DNA of 64,000 nt, from the NCBI GenBank assembly GCA_964586255.1, contig CAZPGE010000003.1, forward strand, positions 66,537 to 130,536, in the 5' to 3' direction. The position numbers were made by a program, and so were the translations under genes. Positions within the stretch are counted from its first letter, which is position 1, and the number at the start of each line of letters is the position of its first letter. This document shows, one piece after another, positions 27,799 through 38,138 of this stretch. The stretch comes from an uncultured Candidatus Saccharibacteria bacterium. Lineage in GTDB: Bacteria > Patescibacteriota > Minisyncoccia > Phycocordibacterales > UBA2100. Below the pieces are notes generated by a model. That model ran no database searches. It worked only from the letters and a program-made list of their open reading frames with translations, and was not told where the DNA came from.

Positions 27799-30033
27799 TT
27801 ATATCGTGTTCTCGGACGGCCACTGCGCTACCATGAGGAGGTCGCGTTCTTTCTCGGGGAGGTGCTGCCAGATAGCTTCTGTGACAAAAGGCATAAAGGG
27901 ATGGAGAAGCTTGAGGGAAATTATCAATATTTCGTAGAGCATATGCTGCTTGGATGCTTTTGCTGCTTCGTCATCGCCTTTTAGCGTGGCTTTTGACTCC
28001 TCGATTATCTGCGCGGCAAAACGGTCCCAGACGTAGTGGTATACGGCATCCGCGGCGAGGTCGAGACGGAAGTTGTCGATATTGCCCGACACTGTCTTCG
28101 CCAGTTCTCGCGCCTCTGCGACCAGCGCCGCATCCGCCTCAGTCAAAATGACCGAGTTCGTAACTCGAACATCTTGGTTTTCGAGGACGAAGCGGGCGAT
28201 GTTCCAGAGCTTGTTGGCGAAGTGCTTGTAGCCGCGCACACGGTCCTCCGAGAGTTTGAGGTCGTTGCCCGGCTGCGCTCCCACGACGAGCGAGAGGCGC
28301 GTCGCATCGGCGCCGTACTTCTTTATCATGTCGAGCGGGTCGATGATGTTGCCGAGGCTCTTGGACATTTTTCTCCCCTGCCCGTCGCGCACGAGTCCGT
28401 GGAGGTATACCTGTTTGAAGGGGACTTCGCCCATGTGGAATCCCGACATGAGTATCATGCGTGCCACCCAGAAAAAAATAATGTCGTAGCCCGTCTCGAG
28501 GACTGCGGTCGGGTGATAGGTCTTCAAATCTTCAGTCGCATTGGGCCAGCCGAGCGTGGAGAATGTCCAGAGACCCGAGGAGAACCACGTATCGAGCACA
28601 TCGGGATCCTGCTCCCAGCCTGCCTCGCGCGGCGCCTCTGTACCGCAGTAGACTTCTTCGCCCTGCGCGTCTTTCTTGTACCAGACGGGGATGCGGTGGC
28701 CGAACCATATTTGGCGCGAGATATTCCAATCGCGCAGATTGTCTATCCAGTGATAATAGATTTTTTCAAATCTCTCGGGGTTGATTTTGACACCACCGTT
28801 TTCCACCGCCGCTTTCATGAGCTTCTTGAGCGTGGTCGCCGAGCCTGACTCGATGCCAGTGATTGAGGATTTCTCGATGACAAATTCTTTGTCGACGCCG
28901 ATAAACCACTGCTTCTTCACTTGCGGCTCGATGATGCCGCCACCTCGGCTGTTGGTCGCGATGTTGTGTACATACTTTTCATCTACTTTTGCGACGAGTC
29001 CCTTGCTTTGCAATTTCTCCACAATGGCAGCGCGCGCTTTTTTGATGTGCTGTCCTGCAAATTCTCCTGCGATGGGGAGGAGGATGCCGCGCTCATCGAT
29101 GACCTGCTCGATATCGAGCTTGTGTCGCTGCGCTATCTCGAAGTCGACGGTGGAGTGTGCGGGCGTGATTGTCATCACGCCTGAGCCTGTCTCCATGTCT
29201 ACGACCTCATCCTTTATCACCGTCGCGGTGATTGGGCCGTTTATCCATTCGAGATCTATCTGCTGGCCGTGTGAATACCCGGTATAACGCGCGTCGTCGG
29301 GATGCATTACCACATACTTGTCGCCGAATTTGGTCTCAGGGCGTACGGTGCCGATGACGAAGGGGCCGTACTGAAAATAGTAAAAAGGGTCGGTCTTTTC
29401 GACGTACTCTATTTCGTCGTCGGAGACAGTGGTCTGCAGCTTGGGGTCCCAGTTGACTATCCTGAAGCCTCTATATATGAGCCCCGCATTGTACATGCGG
29501 ACGAATGCCTCCATCACCGCTTTGTAACGAGGTTCGTCCATCGTGTACGCATAGCGAGTCCAGTCGAGACTCGAGCCCATCTTCTTGAGCTGATTGATGA
29601 TGGTGAGCTTGCTTTCGTCGGTAAACGCATCGATGCGCTTCATGAGCTCGTCGCGGCCAAGGTCGTGGCGGGTCTTCTTCTCCTTTTTATAGAGCTCATC
29701 TTCCACTTTTGCTTGCGTGGCGATGGCAGCCGAGTCTGTACCTGGTACCCACAGTGTGCGAAAGCCGCGCATGCGGTGGTAACGGATGAGAATGTCCTCG
29801 ATGGCGAGCATGGCCGCGTGGCCCATGTGGAGCGTGCCCGTCACGTTGGGAGGGGGAAGTACGATGGAATACGATTCGGCGTCGGGCTTCGTGATGCCTT
29901 TTTCGATACAGACATCAGGGTTGGCGTACCCGCTTTTCTCCCACAGGTCGCCTATGGCCGACTCCCGCTCCTCGGGGTTGTAGGGCTTCAGAAATGGCTC
30001 GGGCGCTTTAGATGGCTCCATCATATTCGTCAT
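27799..30033 (-). CDS. valS: Valine--tRNA ligase (compact form, 744 aa)
   Basis: PPPNVTGTLHMGHA (HIGH) and KMSKSLGN (KMSKS). The N-terminus aligns to ValRS. Confidence 0.9.
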   Translation of the reverse strand: MTNMMEPSKAPEPFLKPYNPEERESAIGDLWEKSGYANPDVCIEKGITKPDAESYSIVLPPPNVTGTLHMGHAAMLAIEDILIRYHRMRGFRTLWVPGTDSAAIATQAKVEDELYKKEKKTRHDLGRDELMKRIDAFTDESKLTIINQLKKMGSSLDWTRYAYTMDEPRYKAVMEAFVRMYNAGLIYRGFRIVNWDPKLQTTVSDDEIEYVEKTDPFYYFQYGPFVIGTVRPETKFGDKYVVMHPDDARYTGYSHGQQIDLEWINGPITATVIKDEVVDMETGSGVMTITPAHSTVDFEIAQRHKLDIEQVIDERGILLPIAGEFAGQHIKKARAAIVEKLQSKGLVAKVDEKYVHNIATNSRGGGIIEPQVKKQWFIGVDKEFVIEKSSITGIESGSATTLKKLMKAAVENGGVKINPERFEKIYYHWIDNLRDWNISRQIWFGHRIPVWYKKDAQGEEVYCGTEAPREAGWEQDPDVLDTWFSSGLWTFSTLGWPNATEDLKTYHPTAVLETGYDIIFFWVARMILMSGFHMGEVPFKQVYLHGLVRDGQGRKMSKSLGNIIDPLDMIKKYGADATRLSLVVGAQPGNDLKLSEDRVRGYKHFANKLWNIARFVLENQDVRVTNSVILTEADAALVAEARELAKTVSGNIDNFRLDLAADAVYHYVWDRFAAQIIEESKATLKGDDEAAKASKQHMLYEILIISLKLLHPFMPFVTEAIWQHLPEKERDLLMVAQWPSENTI

Positions 30034-30053
30034 GTTGGCTCATCGTAGCAATA

Positions 30054-31277
30054 TTAGAGCGCTGTTTCTAGCTTCAGGTTCCCCTTTGCGACGATATCCT
30101 CGGGCGCAGCATAGCGACTCGCGAGAGCGTGGAAGTATCCGGCAAGTCCAATCATGATGGCGTTGTCGGTCGCGAGCTGCGGAGATGTCGTGAGAAGTTG
30201 CTCCACCGCGCCGTCTTCGCGTACGCGCCCAGCCAATAATTCTCGGATGCGCGTGTTGGCCGACACGCCGCCGCCCACGATGAGTGTCTTTGCGCCGTAT
30301 TCATCGGCAGCACGAAGTGTCTTCTCGATAAGCACCTTTGCAATCGTCTCTTCTACGGAAAGCGCGAGCCTCCGCTTGTCATCGTCGGAAAGCGGGGAGT
30401 GCTTTTCAACGAGTTTGCGCACCTCTGTCTTGAGACCCGAAAAGGAAAAATCATAATCATCACTGCGGAGCATTGGCGGAGTGAGTTTCCAAGGGGATTC
30501 CTTGGAGTCTATAGGGCTCTCTTGGATGGTGCGCGCTTCGGCGGCAAGGCGGGAGATTTCCGGACCGCCGGGATAGGGGAGGTCCATGAGGCGCGCGACT
30601 TTGTCAAACGCTTCGCCCGCAGCGTCGTCGCGTGTCTCACCGATGAGCTGGTACTCGCCGAATTTCTTTGAAAGTACGAGCTCCGTGTGACCGCCCGATA
30701 TGAGAAGTGTAAGAAGCGGAAAGTTGAATGCACGCATCGTCCCGGACATTCTCACATTCTCAAGAATGTCAGAGTGTTCCATCATGGGCATGACCACATG
30801 CCCCTCCATGTGATTGACCGCGACAAGAGGCACGCCCCAGAGGTGGGAGAGTGCCTTGGCAAAGTTGATGCCGACCCAGAGTGCGGGTTCGAGCCCGGGG
30901 CCCGCGGTGACGGCGATAGCGTCGATGCCTGGCTTTCGATAGCGCAGTGCATGTGCGAGTAGCTGTTTGAAAAGCTCCTCTTCGCGCTCGAGAAGCTGCT
31001 TGAGCGGCTGAAATGCGGCTGGGTCGGTGGGTGACTCGGTGTGAAAAAGCTCGCCCGCCTGCCGGAGCGCTTCTTCAAGGAGCGGCACGAGATTCTTCGC
31101 GTGTTCGCGCTTGGCAAGATTGGGGAACACGCCACCGTATTCCGTGTGGAGCGCCGCTTGAGAGTGGAGCGCATTGCCAAGGATGCGGAATTGGAAATCG
31201 CGCTCAAACGTACCCTCGGCCTCGAGGAGGCAGACAGCGGATTCGTCGCACGACGTCTCTATAGCTAAGATGCGCAT
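30054..31277 (-). CDS. tsaD: tRNA N6-adenosine threonylcarbamoyltransferase TsaD (Kae1/YgjD family)
   Basis: MRILAIETSCDESAV…, metal-binding HMEGH, GGVSAN. The ORF table starts at 31295. Confidence 0.9.
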   Translation of the reverse strand: MRILAIETSCDESAVCLLEAEGTFERDFQFRILGNALHSQAALHTEYGGVFPNLAKREHAKNLVPLLEEALRQAGELFHTESPTDPAAFQPLKQLLEREEELFKQLLAHALRYRKPGIDAIAVTAGPGLEPALWVGINFAKALSHLWGVPLVAVNHMEGHVVMPMMEHSDILENVRMSGTMRAFNFPLLTLLISGGHTELVLSKKFGEYQLIGETRDDAAGEAFDKVARLMDLPYPGGPEISRLAAEARTIQESPIDSKESPWKLTPPMLRSDDYDFSFSGLKTEVRKLVEKHSPLSDDDKRRLALSVEETIAKVLIEKTLRAADEYGAKTLIVGGGVSANTRIRELLAGRVREDGAVEQLLTTSPQLATDNAIMIGLAGYFHALASRYAAPEDIVAKGNLKLETAL

Positions 31278-31306
31278 CCACAGGTTATAGCGCATAATAC
31301 TTCTTT

Positions 31307-33082
31307 ATGAAATCTATCTGGCGCGACGACCTCCCGATGAGCAAGAGCCCCTTGCGCTTCTTTCTCTTTTCATCGAGTCCTCATTGGAAAGCAGCGCTTT
31401 TGGCGATAGCGCTTGCCGCGCTCGGCAACATCGCGGCGGCGAGTGTCTCATACATATTTAAGCTCATCGCCAACGCCGCGACTGCGCTCATACAGGGCGG
31501 CACGTTTGAGGCGCTCTTTGTGGCTAGCGCGCTCTACGTACTCGTCCTCGCTCTCGCGAAGCTTTTCTGGAGATTGGCCGGATTTGCCGGTGCGCGCTGG
31601 GCGACAGGCGCCTCGGCGACGGGCCGCTTTGCACTCAGCTCATACGTGACGCTCCATAGTCGTGCGTATTTCTCCGATAGGTTTGCGGGCTCGCTCATGA
31701 ACAAGATTCGGCACGCCGCGACAGGCCTGCGCGATATTGTCGACATCACACTCTGGGAATTCCTCGAGCTTGGAGTGACTGCGGTCATGAGCTTTATCAT
31801 CGCGTTTATCGTGAGCCCCATCATCGCGTGGATTTTCTTTGCGTGGGTACTCGTGATTGGTGTGGCCAATGCATATCTCGGAATCCGGAGAGTGCCCTAT
31901 GCGGTGCGCGCGCACGACCTCGGTACCTACCTCAACGGTGCGACGGTGGACCTCTTGTCCAACGTGAGCGCGATGCAAGAATACGCGCGCCGTGAGTTTG
32001 AGATTGAGCGCATCAAGACCGCTATCGAAGACCATCGTATTGCCCACCTCAAGAGCTGGAATTTTGGCGAGTGGACACGCATCCTCAACAGCGTATTCCT
32101 CGTGATTTTTGGTGGCGCGATGGTCTTTACCACCGTATGGCTCGCGCAAAAGGGACTCCTTTCGATCGGCGATATTGTGCTCGTGATCACGATTATTTTC
32201 CGCGTCGAAGGGCTCTTGCAGGGGCTTGGTTCGAATTTCAATAAAGCGGCGGAAGTGTGGGGTGAAATCTCCGAGAGCCTCGAAGAGATAATCGAGCCGC
32301 ACGAAATTGCGGACACGCCGAATGCAGCCGAGCTCAAGGTGGAGAAAGGCGAGATACGCATCGAGGACGCTACCTTCCAGTATGGACAAAATACCGTGTT
32401 CGAATCTCTGAGCCTGACGATTCGCCCTGGTGAGCGCGTCGGTCTTGTAGGAAGAAGTGGCGCGGGGAAGTCGACGTTTATGCGGCTGCTTCTTCGCCAC
32501 CATGAATTGACCGGCGGGAAAGTATGCATCGACGGCACCGATATCACGACGGTCACCCAAGAGAGTCTGCGCAATGCGATATCAGTCGTGCCACAAGAGC
32601 CGCTGCTCTTCCATCGCACGATTCGAGAAAACATAAGCTACGGAAAACCCGACGCGACCGAGGTGGAGATAATCGAGGCGGCAAAGCTCGCGCATGCGCA
32701 CGACTTCATATCGCGCCTTGAGACCGGCTATGAGTCGATGGTGGGTGAGCGAGGTGTAAAACTCTCAGGTGGAGAGCGCCAGCGCATCGCCATAGCGCGC
32801 GCGATACTCAAAAGCTCCCCCATACTTCTCATGGACGAGGCGACGAGCGCGCTCGATAGCGAAAGCGAGGTCCAGATACAATCGGCGCTTCGCGCACTCA
32901 TGGTAGGGAAGACGGTGATTGCAATCGCGCACCGCCTCTCGACGCTCCGTGAGATGGACCGCATCATCGTGATGGACCGCGGCGCAATTCTCGAGGAAGG
33001 CACGCACGAGGAACTCGTACAAAAAGGTGGGCTCTATGCAGAGCTCTGGGCACATCAGGCGGGAGGCTTCTTGCAGGACTAG
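31307..33082 (+). CDS. ABC exporter, fused permease/ATPase (MsbA-like)
   Basis: Six TM helices in the N-terminal half. Walker A GRSGAGKST, signature LSGGERQRIAIARA, Walker B ILLMDEATSALD. Confidence 0.9.
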   Translation: MKSIWRDDLPMSKSPLRFFLFSSSPHWKAALLAIALAALGNIAAASVSYIFKLIANAATALIQGGTFEALFVASALYVLVLALAKLFWRLAGFAGARWATGASATGRFALSSYVTLHSRAYFSDRFAGSLMNKIRHAATGLRDIVDITLWEFLELGVTAVMSFIIAFIVSPIIAWIFFAWVLVIGVANAYLGIRRVPYAVRAHDLGTYLNGATVDLLSNVSAMQEYARREFEIERIKTAIEDHRIAHLKSWNFGEWTRILNSVFLVIFGGAMVFTTVWLAQKGLLSIGDIVLVITIIFRVEGLLQGLGSNFNKAAEVWGEISESLEEIIEPHEIADTPNAAELKVEKGEIRIEDATFQYGQNTVFESLSLTIRPGERVGLVGRSGAGKSTFMRLLLRHHELTGGKVCIDGTDITTVTQESLRNAISVVPQEPLLFHRTIRENISYGKPDATEVEIIEAAKLAHAHDFISRLETGYESMVGERGVKLSGGERQRIAIARAILKSSPILLMDEATSALDSESEVQIQSALRALMVGKTVIAIAHRLSTLREMDRIIVMDRGAILEEGTHEELVQKGGLYAELWAHQAGGFLQD

Positions 33083-33594
33083 ACGGTCCTTTGCGTGGGG
33101 CGGAGAGTGACGAAATCTTTGAGCGCTTCCGCGTCGCCTTTTTTCAGAAGCAGCGTAGCGTCGGGTCGCGGACGAATGCTATGCGGCGCAGCGGCGAGCT
33201 GGTCGGGCGAGGAAGTCCAGATCTCGACGAGCGTGAGCCCAAAGAGCATGAGGAGCGGGCCGCGCTCATTGTCGACGACCTGGATGCGCTCGAAATTTAT
33301 TGTCTCATGCTGGCGAAAGATGATGCCTGAGTTGATGGTGATGGCGTGTTCGCCTATTTCGTATGAGAAAAGCAGAAAAAAGAGAATTGGGTATGCGATA
33401 GCCACTACGGTGCCCACTACGGATACAGACAAGACGAGCGCCGAGAAACCCGGCATGCTCGCCGATGCCAGCGTGCTTGAAGTAGCAAAAACGATGCCGA
33501 GTGCAAGTACGATACAGGCGATAAGAATCGCCGGGAGCGCGGTATACCAGAGGGCGGCGATTGGCTGCCGGTGCCGGATATTGAGTGCGGGCAT
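33079..33594 (-). CDS. Membrane-flanked bacterial PH-domain protein (YdbS/DUF304-like)
   Basis: Two TM helices followed by a PH-like region (…HAITINSGIIFRQHETINFERIQ…). Confidence 0.55.
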   Translation of the reverse strand: MPALNIRHRQPIAALWYTALPAILIACIVLALGIVFATSSTLASASMPGFSALVLSVSVVGTVVAIAYPILFFLLFSYEIGEHAITINSGIIFRQHETINFERIQVVDNERGPLLMLFGLTLVEIWTSSPDQLAAAPHSIRPRPDATLLLKKGDAEALKDFVTLRPTQRTV

Positions 33595-33663
33595 GGGGCT
33601 ATTATACCTACCAAAAACAGCGGATTTTGCTATAGTATGGCCGTACGTTCTGGGTGGAAATAT

Positions 33664-33736
33664 TGCGCGATTAGCTCATTTGGTAGAGCGACCCCTTGAC
33701 GTGGGGTAGGTGGCAGGTTCGATTCCTGCATCGCGC
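33664..33736 (+). tRNA. tRNA-Val (GAC)
   Basis: GCGCGAT-T-AGCTCATTTGGTAGAGC-G-ACCCC-TTGACGT-GGGGT-AGGTG-GCAGGTTCGATTCCTGC-ATCGCGC-A folds as a cloverleaf. No CCA is encoded. Confidence 0.85.
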
Positions 33737-33743
33737 ACAGAAT

Positions 33744-34379
33744 ATGGAGCGCATTACGCTCAGTAGCGAGAATACTGCGGAGGCGGCGGAAAAGGCCGCT
33801 GCTGTACTGCGCGCGGGCGGGGTCATCTTGTACCCCACAGATACGCTCTATGGGCTTGGTGCCGATGCGCTCTCCGACGATGCGGTGGCAAAAATATTTG
33901 AGATAAAAGGTCGCGATGAGGGAAAGCCGATGCATGCAATCGTGTCTGACATGCACATGGCTGCGAAATACACGGAGGTGAGCGGCCTGGCGCGCCTCCT
34001 CGACGACCGACTCCCCAAAGGTCAGGTCACCTTTATCACGCAAAAGAAAGAGGGGCTCGATGAAGGCATCTCACGGCGGATAGAGACGTTCGGCTTCCGG
34101 ATCCCGCAGCACGCTTTCTGTGTCGAGATGATACGCGCGTTTGGTGGACCGATAACAGCGACGAGCGCCAACGCGAGCGGGGAGAAGCCGGAGCGCTCTG
34201 TCGAGGCGATTCTCGCTCAGCTTGGCCCTCGTGCAGCGCATATCGACCTCATCATCGACGGAGGCGAATTGCCGGCGAGAGAGCCCTCTACCGTCGTCAA
34301 TTTCACGCACGACCATCCGCTGATTATACGAGAGGGTGCCGTGCCGGCGGCCGATGTGTGGTCCGCGCTGCAGGACTAA
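33744..34379 (+). CDS. tsaC: L-threonylcarbamoyladenylate synthase (TsaC/YrdC/Sua5 domain)
   Basis: …GGVILYPTDTLYGLGADA…, GPITATSANASG. The ORF table starts at 33696 and overlaps the tRNA; the start was re-set to MERITL. Confidence 0.85.
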   Translation: MERITLSSENTAEAAEKAAAVLRAGGVILYPTDTLYGLGADALSDDAVAKIFEIKGRDEGKPMHAIVSDMHMAAKYTEVSGLARLLDDRLPKGQVTFITQKKEGLDEGISRRIETFGFRIPQHAFCVEMIRAFGGPITATSANASGEKPERSVEAILAQLGPRAAHIDLIIDGGELPAREPSTVVNFTHDHPLIIREGAVPAADVWSALQD

Positions 34380-34470
34380 AGTCTCTCTGAAGGGTGTCGA
34401 CAGATTCCGTTTGCGGGTGTTTTTGGACGGGGTACACTGCGGGGGTATCAATCATTTTTATAGTCGTATG

Positions 34471-34977
34471 GAATGGAATACAAAGACGCAGCAGTGGGCA
34501 ATCGCAGGGGTCGTGGTGGTCGCGCTCGCACTCGGTGGTTGGTGGTTTTTTACGGGCGCAGCAACGAATTCAATAGATGACGACACGGTCACTCCGTCTG
34601 AGAAATCCACAGAGACAGGTACGACGTCGAGCGTGAGCGATGGACGCCCAACTGTCGGCGCGCAGACGGGTGAGGAAGTGCGCGCGGATGATCAGCCGGC
34701 AGGCGACAATGTGCGCGTGGTAGAAGCGAGGCTTGCTCGCGTGAGCTGGATTGCAGTGCGCGATGATATGCGCATTTATGGTGCTGCGCGCGTGACGCCG
34801 CCGGAGGGTGGAGGCACGGTCAACGACATCACGGTCCCGCTTCTGCGTAACACAGAGGCAGGGAAGACCTACAGCGTCGTCGTCTATGCCGACGATGGCG
34901 ACGGAGCATTCGACTTCAAAAAGGATGCACTCGTGACGGGCCTTGAAGATACATTTTCAGCCCTCCACGGCGACTAA
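34471..34977 (+). CDS. Hypothetical membrane-anchored / secreted protein (~168 aa)
   Basis: N-terminal TM anchor (AIAGVVVVALALGGWWFF) with an acidic, Thr/Ser-rich ectodomain. Start chosen at MEWNTK. Confidence 0.45.
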   Translation, partial: EWNTKTQQWAIAGVVVVALALGGWWFFTGAATNSIDDDTVTPSEKSTETGTTSSVSDGRPTVGAQTGEEVRADDQPAGDNVRVVEARLARVSWIAVRDDMRIYGAARVTPPEGGGTVNDITVPLLRNTEAGKTYSVVVYADDGDGAFDFKKDALVTGLEDTFSALHGD

Positions 34978-34978
34978 A

Positions 34979-35626
34979 TTATAAAGGACGGTCCTTTATA
35001 ATCTTGGCCTCGTCTGCCACTCGCCAGAGATACCACGATGCTGCCGTGGCGTGTGCTCTCCACGGCAGCGCTATCTTCTCCATCCGCTTTTTGTCGGGCA
35101 ATTGCTTGAGGCCATAGACCTCCTTGAATCCTTTTTGTATCGCGAGGTCGCCCCACGGGAGGATGTCGGGGCGATAGAGGGTGAATATGAGGAGCATGTG
35201 CGCGGTCCACACACCGATGCCTTTGACTTGTACGAGGTGGTCGATGATTTCCTGCGAGGACATCTTCGGGAATCGTTTCTCGCTTATCGTGCCATCGAGA
35301 TATTTGTGCGCGAGGTCTCGCACATACACCACCTTTTGCGGCGAGAGCCCCGCGGAACGCAGCTTGGAGACGGGGATTTTCAGCAATAGCTCGGGCGTCG
35401 GCTTTTTTCTTGGAAACAGCTCCAATACGCGGTCGAGTATCGCCGCCGCTGCCTTTCCCGATATTTGCTGATACACAATAGAGCGCACGAGCCGCGCAAA
35501 CACAGAGCCCGCACCTTTGTGATATTTCGATAAATCGAGTGTGCCGTGTTTGCGCAACACGGCGGCCATCTTCGGGTCCTTTTTGAGCGCCTTGAGCGAC
35601 TCGGAAAAATCAGGATGTTTTACCAT
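34979..35626 (-). CDS. HhH-GPD superfamily DNA glycosylase (AlkA / 3-methyladenine DNA glycosylase II-like)
   Basis: HhH-GPD region: …VKGIGVWTAHMLLIFTL…PWGDLAIQKGF. Confidence 0.8.
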   Translation of the reverse strand: MVKHPDFSESLKALKKDPKMAAVLRKHGTLDLSKYHKGAGSVFARLVRSIVYQQISGKAAAAILDRVLELFPRKKPTPELLLKIPVSKLRSAGLSPQKVVYVRDLAHKYLDGTISEKRFPKMSSQEIIDHLVQVKGIGVWTAHMLLIFTLYRPDILPWGDLAIQKGFKEVYGLKQLPDKKRMEKIALPWRAHATAASWYLWRVADEAKIIKDRPL

Positions 35627-35633
35627 GTGTAGA

Positions 35634-35644
35634 TGACCCTAACG
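35634..35644. repeat. 11-bp near-copy (tgaccctaAcg) of the tRNA-Glu 3' end (tgaccctaCcg, 38139-38149), at the far border of the AT-rich island; candidate att remnant
   Basis: 10/11 identity, direct orientation. It sits exactly where GC content drops. Confidence 0.3.
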
Positions 35645-35772
35645 ATACAGAACTCAAAACCAATAATCCAGTTCCTCCAAACGCTCAGCGCTGTAGCGGC
35701 AAAATTCGAGAGTCTGCAAAATCGAGGCTTTGCACCAACGGCTCAGCTTATGGAAATACTCCCTTAATGGGG

Positions 35773-36420
35773 TTAAAACCCTGTAATCTGTGCTAGGTGG
35801 GGCAAATACTGAACTAGTACATTCTTTGCCGCTTCCCACAATGTATAAAGATCGGCAGAGGTTGAGAGCATCGACTTAATTGACTGGTACGTCGTCTTCT
35901 GAACAGATAAATTTTGCTGTTCTTTTGGAACAGATATTTGACTCAAAAGATAAGAAATTTGTTCGATAGTTTCTTTTCGCGCTTCTTGGGCCAGATCATT
36001 GTTGCGTGATATTGATTCAATCAATGCTTTGAGCTGTTCAGCATGCTCAGGGTTAACTTGCTGAATTAGTGAAACTGACGAGTTTAGTGATCCTATGGTG
36101 CCCGTGTTGAGCACGCCAATAGTGCTCCCATCGATTCTAATACTATGGTCGTTTACGGTTGTTCTCGGAGCATGCACTATCTGCCTTGGTGGGATTTGCA
36201 TAGGCACTCTGGGCGCTAACCCAACGGCGGCATATGCTGAGTTCTCTATGTCATTCATCTGAGCCATCAGGAGCCTAATGGTGTCATTCGTTGCGTTTTG
36301 GATTTGCGAGAGCATTGCTGCGTGCTCAACGCACAAGGGATGCCCTTGCATAGTGCCTATTGCGGGTTTGCTACATTGGCTGCATTGCATATAAATTATG
36401 ACATTTGGATTCGCTGCCAA
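35773..36420 (-). CDS. Hypothetical protein, third gene of the island operon; N-terminal CxxC…C…H cluster, Q/S/N-rich helical remainder
   Basis: 215-aa ORF (alternative start MQCSQCSK at 36390). AT-rich codon usage unlike the backbone. Overlaps or abuts the upstream gene. Confidence 0.5.
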   Translation of the reverse strand: MAANPNVIIYMQCSQCSKPAIGTMQGHPLCVEHAAMLSQIQNATNDTIRLLMAQMNDIENSAYAAVGLAPRVPMQIPPRQIVHAPRTTVNDHSIRIDGSTIGVLNTGTIGSLNSSVSLIQQVNPEHAEQLKALIESISRNNDLAQEARKETIEQISYLLSQISVPKEQQNLSVQKTTYQSIKSMLSTSADLYTLWEAAKNVLVQYLPHLAQITGF

Positions 36421-36983
36421 TCTTTGATGGCAAGCTGAAAGCGTTGGATTTCATCATCATCGAGTTCGCAGCTGTGTGCTATTGGGTTTCTGATGCGATT
36501 CAAGAGTCGGAGTGCCGCTACGGCTGCTTTCTTGCTTCTAAGCGTGTCAGAAAAGTCGTCCCAGTTTGACTCGATTATTTTTATTAGATCGCTGAAGTTG
36601 GTGTAAAAAATGGGTTCCTCCGAGCGTATCGCTATGGGGGTTTCTTGCTCACGCTCTCGTAAATCCACGACATCATTCTTCACTTCTTCAGGCACTTTTT
36701 GTTCCCACCAATCAGCACCATACTTCTCTTGTAAGCGTCCGACTATGAGGTTGCGTACAGAGTTCTCGATACAGAAGTAGAGATAGTAGAATGCGCTCAT
36801 CTTACGTGCTTGGTCTCGTATGTCAGCCTCGAAGAGCTCTACGTCTACGATCTCTTTTTGTTCGATTGTCTGCGAGTGGCCGATGTCGAGGCCTGCCTCC
36901 TCCAACTTCAGTAGGTCCGCTTCGAGCTGAAAGTTCTGCATCCCGAAAATCTTGAGCTCCTGGAGAAAATCTTGCGATGTCAT
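36396..36983 (-). CDS. HEPN-like domain protein (R-x4-H motif; Swt1/AbiV- or RiboL-PSP-like), putative RNase effector
   Basis: C-terminal …AALRLLNRIRNPIAHSCELDDDEIQRF carries R-N-P-I-A-H within an all-helical ~195-aa protein. Its ATG overlaps the stop of the upstream gene (TAATATG). Confidence 0.55.
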   Translation of the reverse strand: MTSQDFLQELKIFGMQNFQLEADLLKLEEAGLDIGHSQTIEQKEIVDVELFEADIRDQARKMSAFYYLYFCIENSVRNLIVGRLQEKYGADWWEQKVPEEVKNDVVDLREREQETPIAIRSEEPIFYTNFSDLIKIIESNWDDFSDTLRSKKAAVAALRLLNRIRNPIAHSCELDDDEIQRFQLAIKDWQRIQMS

Positions 36984-36984
36984 A

Positions 36985-37626
36985 TTACTTGTCCAGCAGG
37001 TTTGCTTTGAGGCTTTTGAAGATGGCGTTAAAAACCTCAATTTCTGTCGTCGGGGGCAGGTTGAGGTTAATCGTGTAGGAAAGGCCAAACTTCGTTGGGA
37101 GCTCAACGTGTACCTGCTCTCTGTCCTTGCGAACCTCATTCCGGGGCTCCTCCTCTTGTATCAAGTGTGGAGGAGGCACTTCGCCCTCGAAGTCGGCAAG
37201 CTTTACCAGTTCCAAGAAAGTGCTGGCTACTGCGCTGACCTGTTGGTCGCTTTTCGAAGCACCAGTGATTCGCACGATGATGTTTTCGAGCTCTTTCTTA
37301 TCCTGCCTGTGTGCATACTCGCTCGCTTTGTAGAGATCGGCGTACGCCTTCCGAAGCTTGTCTGCCAAAATGGCGCTCTTTCCCTGCTCACCCCTGTAGT
37401 CTTTGTACGCCACTGTGGGTACGCCAGCCGCATCAAGGAAATCTATCTTCTTGAGAAGCGGAATGAGTGCTCTATGGCTCGACGACTTGAGCCCTAACAT
37501 AGAGGCTAGGAAATCGTTGGTAAACTTCGTCGGTACCTGCGCCTCTCGAATCTTCGGAAACAGGCTGGCGACGCCGCCATGTGCGTTTACGTAGGGAGGG
37601 AATTTTCTCTCTGCCATATCTGTCAT
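36985..37626 (-). CDS. Hypothetical protein, first gene of the island operon (213 aa); no recognised catalytic motif
   Basis: Protein-like ORF with AT-rich codon usage. No P-loop or nucleotidyltransferase motif. The C-terminus is …FGLSYTINLNLPPTTEIEVFNAIFKSL. Confidence 0.55.
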   Translation of the reverse strand: MTDMAERKFPPYVNAHGGVASLFPKIREAQVPTKFTNDFLASMLGLKSSSHRALIPLLKKIDFLDAAGVPTVAYKDYRGEQGKSAILADKLRKAYADLYKASEYAHRQDKKELENIIVRITGASKSDQQVSAVASTFLELVKLADFEGEVPPPHLIQEEEPRNEVRKDREQVHVELPTKFGLSYTINLNLPPTTEIEVFNAIFKSLKANLLDK

Positions 37627-38138
37627 TTGTGCTAATGAGTAATAGGAGTCTGGCGCAGCATCGTGCTGAACACGCCAAAGTCCTTATGGAGTATACGTTG
37701 GTGCACTCTCGCAGCAAGATTGACCTTTTTCCCCCGTGTGTCGCTCTGAGTTTTTGGCGCATTGTGCCAGATTCTGTAGATGTCTTTGATATTTATTCAA
37801 AGAATCGCTACTCACATGCCATACCCTGCGCGCTCGTAGATCTCGTTGATGGCAGCTTCGAGCCTGCTGAAGCAGTCCGGATCGTGTAAGCATTTCACTC
37901 TTGCTCTCTCGTCCGGAGAATCCCGAAACAGGAGTTGAGGCAGTAGTTGAGTTTGGAATTCGCCTCGTTAAAGAATATCCGGACATGTGGCGAATGTTGG
38001 AGCCTGCAGAGTTGCGAGCAATCAATTCCATGCTCTTTCCTCAAAACCTGCTGTATCACCATCCTGGAATTAAAACCGCTGAATTAGCACCAATTTACAA
38101 GCTTAAATCGGCATCGAACGATGCGGTGAATCATTATG

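Noticed and set aside
33630-34043. 137-aa minus-strand ORF
   Set aside because: Overlaps tRNA-Val and the tsaC coding region on the opposite strand.
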